NCBI GenBank assembly: GCA_963764165.1
Contig: CAVXRD010000004.1
Location: 32,001-96,000, forward strand
Origin: an uncultured Verrucomicrobiae bacterium
Lineage (GTDB): Bacteria; Verrucomicrobiota; Verrucomicrobiia; Limisphaerales; Palsa-1400
DNA: 64,000 nucleotides
Direction of reading: 5' to 3'
The notes below the pieces were generated by a model that saw only the letters and a list, made by a program, of their open reading frames with translations, was not told the origin of the DNA and searched no databases. The position numbers and the translations under genes were made by a program. Below are positions 58,445 to 64,000 of the stretch, piece after piece (position 1 is the stretch's first letter; each line of letters starts with the position of its first letter).

Positions 58445-59404
58445 ATGATGATTGAAGTTTCCAATTTGACGAAAAATTACGCTGGTCGCACCGCCGTATC
58501 GGACATCTCCTTCGAGGTTCAGCGAGGGGAGATCGTCGGCCTGCTCGGGCCCAATGGGGCCGGGAAGAGCACGACCATGCGCATTCTTTCCGGGTTCATC
58601 CCTGCAAGCGCCGGCACGGTCAAAGTGGCGGGCTATGATGTTTTTACGCAAGCTGACGAGGTGCGCCGCCGTATTGGCTACATGCCGGAAAATAATCCGC
58701 TCCACCCGGACATGCGGGTGCGGGAGTACCTGAAATTTCGCGCGCGGCTGAAAGGCTTGAGCATCGCCAAGTCGCGTGATCGCATTGATGCGGTCATCAC
58801 TCAATGCAGTTTGCAAAATGTCAGCAAGCGCATCATCGGCCATTTGTCCAAGGGCTACCGCCAGCGCGTTGGCCTGGCGGATGCGCTGGTGCATGAGCCG
58901 GAATTAATTATTTTGGACGAACCCACGATTGGCCTGGATCCGAGCCAGATTCGCAGCGTGCGGCAATTGATCAAGGATTTGGGCAAACGCCACACCGTCC
59001 TGCTCTCAAGCCACATTTTGCCGGAAATTGAATTGACGTGCAATCGGGTGCTCATCATGCGCGAAGGGCGGATTCTCGCCTCGGACACGCCGGAGAATTT
59101 GCAGAAGTCGGTGGGCAAAAGCGGGCGGCTCATTGCGGAAATTGCCGCGCCGCTGGAGGAATTAAAGATATGCTGGGAGCAGATGCCTGAATTGTCGCAT
59201 TACACGATTTTGCCCACGGATGAATCTTACCATCGGTGCTCGCTGACGCTGGCGCCTTCGACCACATCCGATTTGCGCCCGAAGATTTTTGCGCTGGTCA
59301 TGGCGCGCGGATGGAAATTGCGCGAACTTTCGCGCGTCCGGCATTCGCTGGAGGAAGTCTACATCCGCCTCACCCGCCCGGAAAGCGAGGAAGAGAAATT
59401 CTGA
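58445..59404 (+). CDS. ABC transporter ATP-binding protein (GldA-like)
   Basis: GPNGAGKST, LSKGYRQRVG and DEPTIGLDP. Confidence 0.9.
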   Translation: MMIEVSNLTKNYAGRTAVSDISFEVQRGEIVGLLGPNGAGKSTTMRILSGFIPASAGTVKVAGYDVFTQADEVRRRIGYMPENNPLHPDMRVREYLKFRARLKGLSIAKSRDRIDAVITQCSLQNVSKRIIGHLSKGYRQRVGLADALVHEPELIILDEPTIGLDPSQIRSVRQLIKDLGKRHTVLLSSHILPEIELTCNRVLIMREGRILASDTPENLQKSVGKSGRLIAEIAAPLEELKICWEQMPELSHYTILPTDESYHRCSLTLAPSTTSDLRPKIFALVMARGWKLRELSRVRHSLEEVYIRLTRPESEEEKF

Positions 59405-60153
59405 TGCAGGCTTTCCTGACCTTGACCCGGCGCGAACTGGGCAGTTTTTTTTACTCGTGGATTGGCTACGTTGTCATCACCGGCGCGATGTTCCTGATGG
59501 GGCTGGAGTTCGTGACGCTCGTCAAGAAATTGCAAGGCGAACCGACCGCCATTCCGTTGACGGAAATCTTTCTCAGCTTCTGCTTTTGGGTGATCGTTTT
59601 GTTCTCCGCTCCAATCATCACGATGCGGTTGTTCGCGCTGGAGAAATACTCGGGGACGTTTGAGACGCTGATGACCACACCCGTTTCCGATGGGCAGGTG
59701 GTGCTGGCGAAATTCACCGCTTCGATGATATTTTACATGCTGATGTGGCTGCCGTTTGCGGCATGCGTGCTGGTGTTGCGCTATTTCGCCCGCGGCTCCA
59801 ACCTGCTCGACCCCGGGACGCTCGGCAGCACGTATCTTGGGATTTTCCTGATCGGCTGCCTTTACATGGCGGCGGGATGCTTCGCCTCGTCGCTGACGAA
59901 GAGCCAGATTGTGGCGGCGATGATCAGCTTCGCCTTCGGGCTGGGATTTTTCCTGACCGGGTTCATGGCGGATCCAATGGCGTTGGATCGCGGCTGGGTT
60001 GAGGAAGTGATCAATTGCGTCAATGTCGTGGGCCAGATGAAGGATTTTGCCAGCGGCGTGGTGGATACAAGAGCGATTGTCTTTTGCGCAACGACATCGG
60101 TGTTTTTCCTGTTCCTGACCTGCCGCGTCCTGGAAAGCCGGCGCTGGAAATAA
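59404..60153 (+). CDS. ABC-2 permease (GldF-like)
   Basis: RELGSFF.S..GY, P.ITMRLFA.EK..GT.E.L.T.P and LESRRW. Confidence 0.85.
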   Translation: MQAFLTLTRRELGSFFYSWIGYVVITGAMFLMGLEFVTLVKKLQGEPTAIPLTEIFLSFCFWVIVLFSAPIITMRLFALEKYSGTFETLMTTPVSDGQVVLAKFTASMIFYMLMWLPFAACVLVLRYFARGSNLLDPGTLGSTYLGIFLIGCLYMAAGCFASSLTKSQIVAAMISFAFGLGFFLTGFMADPMALDRGWVEEVINCVNVVGQMKDFASGVVDTRAIVFCATTSVFFLFLTCRVLESRRWK

Positions 60154-60154
60154 C

Positions 60155-61651
60155 ATGCCCGAAAACGACGAACCCAAACACAGCTTCTCCAGCCGCCAGC
60201 GCTGGTTCGGCGGCCTGAACTCTGTGATGGCGGCCTTTCTCGCGCTCGCGGTGGTGGTGATGTTGAATTATGTCGCGGGCGGGCATTTTCATCGGTATTA
60301 CCTCGCGCGCGACGCAGCCTTCAAACTCTCCCGTGAGACGACTTCCATCCTTGGCAGCCTGACAAACCAGGTCGAAATTACGATCTTCTTCCAAGCCAAC
60401 GGGGGCGCCAACGAGGAGATTTACGGTCTCACGCGCTCGCTGCTGGCGGAGTACCAAAACGCGAATGCCGGCCACATTCACGTCCATCTTCTTGACTACA
60501 GCCGGCTGGCGGGCGAGGCGAACAAGTTTCTGGCGGACCATAAATTGTCCCAGCTTCAAGAGAAGGATTTCGTGCTGATCGAGTCCGGCGGCCATTCCAA
60601 GATCATCTACGCCCGCGAACTCGCCAATTACGATTTCAGCGAGTTGCTGACAGGCAAGAGCAAGAACGTCCGCCGCAGCGAGTTCAAGGGCGAACTGCTT
60701 TTCTCCAGCGCGATCTTCGCGGTGTGCCATCCGCAGCAGTTGAAAACGTATTTCCTCGCGGGCCATGGCGAAAACAATCCCGGCGATCCCAAGGGCGCAG
60801 ACGATAATCTCGGTCCTTACGGCTACTCCAAACTGGCTGCGATTCTCAGGGACGAGGTCGACAGCGAATGGGGCAAACTGGTGCTGGCGGGGACAAACGA
60901 CGTTCCGCACGATTGCCAGTTGCTGATTGTCGCGGGACCGCGTGGTGAATTCCTTCCGGAGGAAATTACAAAAATCGCCGGCTATCTGAAAAACGGCGGG
61001 CGCTTGCTCGCGCTCCTTCCAAATCCGTCTGGATTGGACAGCATGCTCGCCTCGCAATGGGGCGTCCGGTTCGGTGACAAGATGGTGGTTGACCCGTCTT
61101 ACAGCGAAGGGCCGGGATCTTTCCTGGCGGCTGGCCTGAATCAGCATTTGATCATGGATCCTCTCATCAAGGAAAGCCGGCTGCCTCACATGGTTTGGAC
61201 GCGGCCGATTTATCACGTTGAGGAACGCGTCAAGGTTCCCGGCGCGCCGGAATTCAACAAACTGGCAGAGACGAGCAAGAGCGGCATCGACGAAACGCAG
61301 AAAATGGGCCAATACACGCTCATCGCCGCCGTCGAACAAGGGGTCATCAAGGGTGTCGATAACCCGCGCGCATCCGGAACGCGCATCATCGTGGCCGGTG
61401 ATTCGATATTCCTGGACGACCAGCTTCTGGAGTCAGGGAGTGCGAATCATGATTTTGCCCAACTGGCGCTCAACTGGCTTTTGCAGCGCCCGGCCCTCAT
61501 GCTGGAAGGCCTTGTGCCTTCCCCCATCAAGCAATATCGCCTTTATTTGACAAATGCGCAAAGCACGCGCGTCTGCTGGCTGTTCCTGGTGCTGATGCCC
61601 GGCTGCATTCTGGCTCTGGGCGGATTGGTATGGCTGCGGCGCCGCCGGTGA
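60155..61651 (+). CDS. GldG-family ABC auxiliary protein
   Basis: LS.ET...L..L, YFLAGHGE and VAGDS.F; C-terminal TM followed by RRR. Confidence 0.85.
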   Translation: MPENDEPKHSFSSRQRWFGGLNSVMAAFLALAVVVMLNYVAGGHFHRYYLARDAAFKLSRETTSILGSLTNQVEITIFFQANGGANEEIYGLTRSLLAEYQNANAGHIHVHLLDYSRLAGEANKFLADHKLSQLQEKDFVLIESGGHSKIIYARELANYDFSELLTGKSKNVRRSEFKGELLFSSAIFAVCHPQQLKTYFLAGHGENNPGDPKGADDNLGPYGYSKLAAILRDEVDSEWGKLVLAGTNDVPHDCQLLIVAGPRGEFLPEEITKIAGYLKNGGRLLALLPNPSGLDSMLASQWGVRFGDKMVVDPSYSEGPGSFLAAGLNQHLIMDPLIKESRLPHMVWTRPIYHVEERVKVPGAPEFNKLAETSKSGIDETQKMGQYTLIAAVEQGVIKGVDNPRASGTRIIVAGDSIFLDDQLLESGSANHDFAQLALNWLLQRPALMLEGLVPSPIKQYRLYLTNAQSTRVCWLFLVLMPGCILALGGLVWLRRRR

Positions 61652-61661
61652 TGAAACGCGC

Positions 61662-63500
61662 ATGAGCTGGAGGCCCACATGGGTTTTGCTGGCGGCCGCG
61701 CTCGCGCTGGCCGCTTTCATTGTGTTCGTGGAGCGCCCGCTTCGGCATCAGCGTGAACTCGAGGCGAGCCGCACGGTCCTGCCAGATTTCCATCCCGCCC
61801 AGGTCACCAATATCGAAGTCCATCCATGGGGCCTCCCCATCATCAAAGCGGTGCGCGAAAAAACCTCGCCGCCGGCCTGGAAGCTTGTCGAGCCCATCGC
61901 GTATCGCGCGGATGATTATTCAATTGAAGCGCTGCTGCAGCAATTGTCGAAATTGGAATGGGTCGACCGGCACGACGAAAAAGAACTCGCCACCAATCCC
62001 GCCCCGCAAGAGCAATACGGCTTCACCAAGCCTCGTTTCACCATCCTTGTGCAAGGTTCCGGTCCCGACCGCCGCATAGAAATCGGCGACTTTGGAACTT
62101 TTAAGGACCGCGTTTCCATGCAGGTTGTCGGCAACAACAATATCTATGACATTGCTTCTGAACTGCTGAGAGTTGTGCCCACCAACAAGGACAATTGGCG
62201 GGACATCACGCTCCTGGATGTGACGAATCTCGCCTTCACTGGCCTGCGCGTGCGCGCGCCGGGCAAGGGAGAATTTGAATTGGAGCGCGACCCGACAAAC
62301 CACTTGTGGTTTGACAAAACTCATTCGGCCCGCGCCGATACGCCGAAGATTGTTGATCTTCTCAGCAATTTGCAGAACGTCGCCGTCAGCGCTTTTATCA
62401 ACGACAACCCGCAGGCGGACTTAGATCCCTACGGATTGCTCGCGACGGACACCTCGCCGCCGCTCTCGCTCACATTTCTAAGCGGCAGCAACAAGATCGC
62501 GGGCCTTCAGGTGGGCGGCATTTTTGCCAGCAACACAAATTACATCTACGTCCGCCGCGATGCGCCGGGCAATATCGTGCTCGTTCCCCGGAATTCGTTC
62601 AACGGCTGGGCCCTGCCCTACACCAATTATTTCGACCAGCATTTCATCAGCATTTCGCCCGACCTGATTGAATCAATCAAGGTGCGAGGCGACGACAATT
62701 TTGTGGTCACCAAGGGAGCGGGCAGCAATGTCTGGTCCATCCACGGAAGCGAAACATTTCCGGCCGATCCCGCGTTGATGGAGTATTGGATGGCAGCTTT
62801 GACCAATGTCCCGACGGGAATCGTCAAGGCGGTGGTGACAGATTTTTCGCCCTATGGCCTAAGCAACGCCTGCCTGCAATATGATGTGAAATTCAACGCG
62901 GGCGCCGGCGCGCAAACGGAGGCGCGCATCGATTTCGGCACGAACAAGACGGGCAGCGTGTTCGAGCGGCGCGAAGACGAGACGTTCGTCAACTCAATCG
63001 ACGCCGACGATTTTCGCTGGCTCCCGCGCGTCTCGTGGCAATTGCGGGACCGGACAATTTGGAATTTCGAGTCAAGCAATGTCGTCAGCGTGACGGTCCA
63101 TCAGCTCGGCGGAACGTTGAAGTTTTTGCGCGATCCGCTGGGGGACTGGACCTACGCGCCGGGCTACAATAACCAGGTGCAGATCAATTCCGCCGCCACC
63201 GAGGAATGCGTTGTTCGCATGGGACACCTCCAGGCTGTTTACTGGGATGGCGTCGGCGACAAGGATTTGGGCAAATTCGGATTCGACACGGCGCGATATG
63301 ACATAGAGTTTGCGGTGCGGGAGAATGGGGCCACAAATATTTGCAAGATTCAATTCGGAGCCCGCTCTCCCATAGGCCATCCCTACGCCACCGTCGTTAA
63401 AAACGGCGAACGATTCATTTTCGAGTTCCGTGTCGACCTATACCAAAATCTCGTTCTGCCAAATCTGACCCTCTATACCGCGCGTCAGTTCATCAAATAA
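61662..63500 (+). CDS. DUF4340 repeat protein
   Basis: N-terminal TM and repeated W....P...AD...YG(L/F) units; usual position after GldG. Confidence 0.78.
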   Translation: MSWRPTWVLLAAALALAAFIVFVERPLRHQRELEASRTVLPDFHPAQVTNIEVHPWGLPIIKAVREKTSPPAWKLVEPIAYRADDYSIEALLQQLSKLEWVDRHDEKELATNPAPQEQYGFTKPRFTILVQGSGPDRRIEIGDFGTFKDRVSMQVVGNNNIYDIASELLRVVPTNKDNWRDITLLDVTNLAFTGLRVRAPGKGEFELERDPTNHLWFDKTHSARADTPKIVDLLSNLQNVAVSAFINDNPQADLDPYGLLATDTSPPLSLTFLSGSNKIAGLQVGGIFASNTNYIYVRRDAPGNIVLVPRNSFNGWALPYTNYFDQHFISISPDLIESIKVRGDDNFVVTKGAGSNVWSIHGSETFPADPALMEYWMAALTNVPTGIVKAVVTDFSPYGLSNACLQYDVKFNAGAGAQTEARIDFGTNKTGSVFERREDETFVNSIDADDFRWLPRVSWQLRDRTIWNFESSNVVSVTVHQLGGTLKFLRDPLGDWTYAPGYNNQVQINSAATEECVVRMGHLQAVYWDGVGDKDLGKFGFDTARYDIEFAVRENGATNICKIQFGARSPIGHPYATVVKNGERFIFEFRVDLYQNLVLPNLTLYTARQFIK

Positions 63501-63503
63501 TCC

Positions 63504-64000
63504 ATGGGCTCGTTTTTCCAGCGCAAAGGGGTCCGCAAATGCATGATGGCGCTCAAGTGGTGCCGGGTGGCGTCGCTGTTCGCCATTTTTCTTATTGTCA
63601 CAGCGCTGTCGTATCTGCACATGGTTGGACTGCCGAATTATCTCAAAAAGCCTCTCCTCGGAACCCTGCGAGAAAAGGGTTTCAATGTGCAGTTCACCCG
63701 GGCCAGCCTTGGCTGGGGTCCCTCGATCATTATCGAAGAGGCGACATTCAGGTCGACCAACGAAACCGCCGGCCCCATCCTCGTGGCCGCCTGGACGCAC
63801 TTGGATCTTAATCGTTCCGCCTTTATTCACGGCCACATCCGGGTCGACGGATTCGAGCTGGCGCATGCGAGCATTGACATTCCAGTGGGGTCGACGAATC
63901 TGGCCCCGCTTTCACTGACCAATGTCAGCCTGCGCGTCACCATTGCCTCCAACAACTATGTCGTCGTCAAGGAAGGAAGGGCCGCCGCATTGGGAGTGCA
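63504..64000 (+). CDS. AsmA-like/YhdP-like large envelope protein, N-terminus (partial)
   Basis: Frame starts MGSFFQRKG...TM...HMVGLPNYLKKPLL and runs toward the window end. Product is inferred from architecture only. Confidence 0.55.
   Translation, partial: MGSFFQRKGVRKCMMALKWCRVASLFAIFLIVTALSYLHMVGLPNYLKKPLLGTLREKGFNVQFTRASLGWGPSIIIEEATFRSTNETAGPILVAAWTHLDLNRSAFIHGHIRVDGFELAHASIDIPVGSTNLAPLSLTNVSLRVTIASNNYVVVKEGRAAALGV

Noticed and set aside
58445..59404. OppD/OppF ATPase for the opp operon
   Set aside because: It is an ABC-2/GldA-type ATPase tied to the GldF/G-like genes; the opp ATPases are not in this window.

Overview
This is a GC-rich bacterial chromosome segment, most likely Verrucomicrobiota (PVC superphylum). 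That assignment is inferred from prepilin/H-X9-DG proteins, an extended ECF sigma factor, PVC-type heme-binding proteins and a UBact locus. Backbone genes include GH28, GH13 plus an MFS transporter, mqnD, sixA, pstB, tal, a TonB-dependent receptor, a Tat-exported SOD, oppABC, hslR and a GldA/F/G-like ABC system. A UBact-20S proteasome-PafA operon sits at 20.5-23.6 kb without adjacent Dop or ARC genes. Two AT-richer islands are both bounded by a 5'-half tRNA fragment ending just after the anticodon loop, the reverse of the usual 3'-end duplication. The first is the end of a tRNA-Phe island (1-3143) carrying a TerY-P-like PP2C/kinase module. The second is a complete 7.6-kb tRNA-Arg(CCT) island (28918-36552) with a tyrosine integrase, an excisionase-like HTH, an ART-like protein, a minimal family-A-polymerase-like protein and a HEPN protein. 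Also present are an ISKra4/ISLre2-type IS, a reciprocal partial gene duplication, a deletion scar, several REP/REPIN-like repeats and a three-copy phased TTGCAC motif. All calls come from reading motifs by eye; no database searches were run, and refined start codons are my best estimates.
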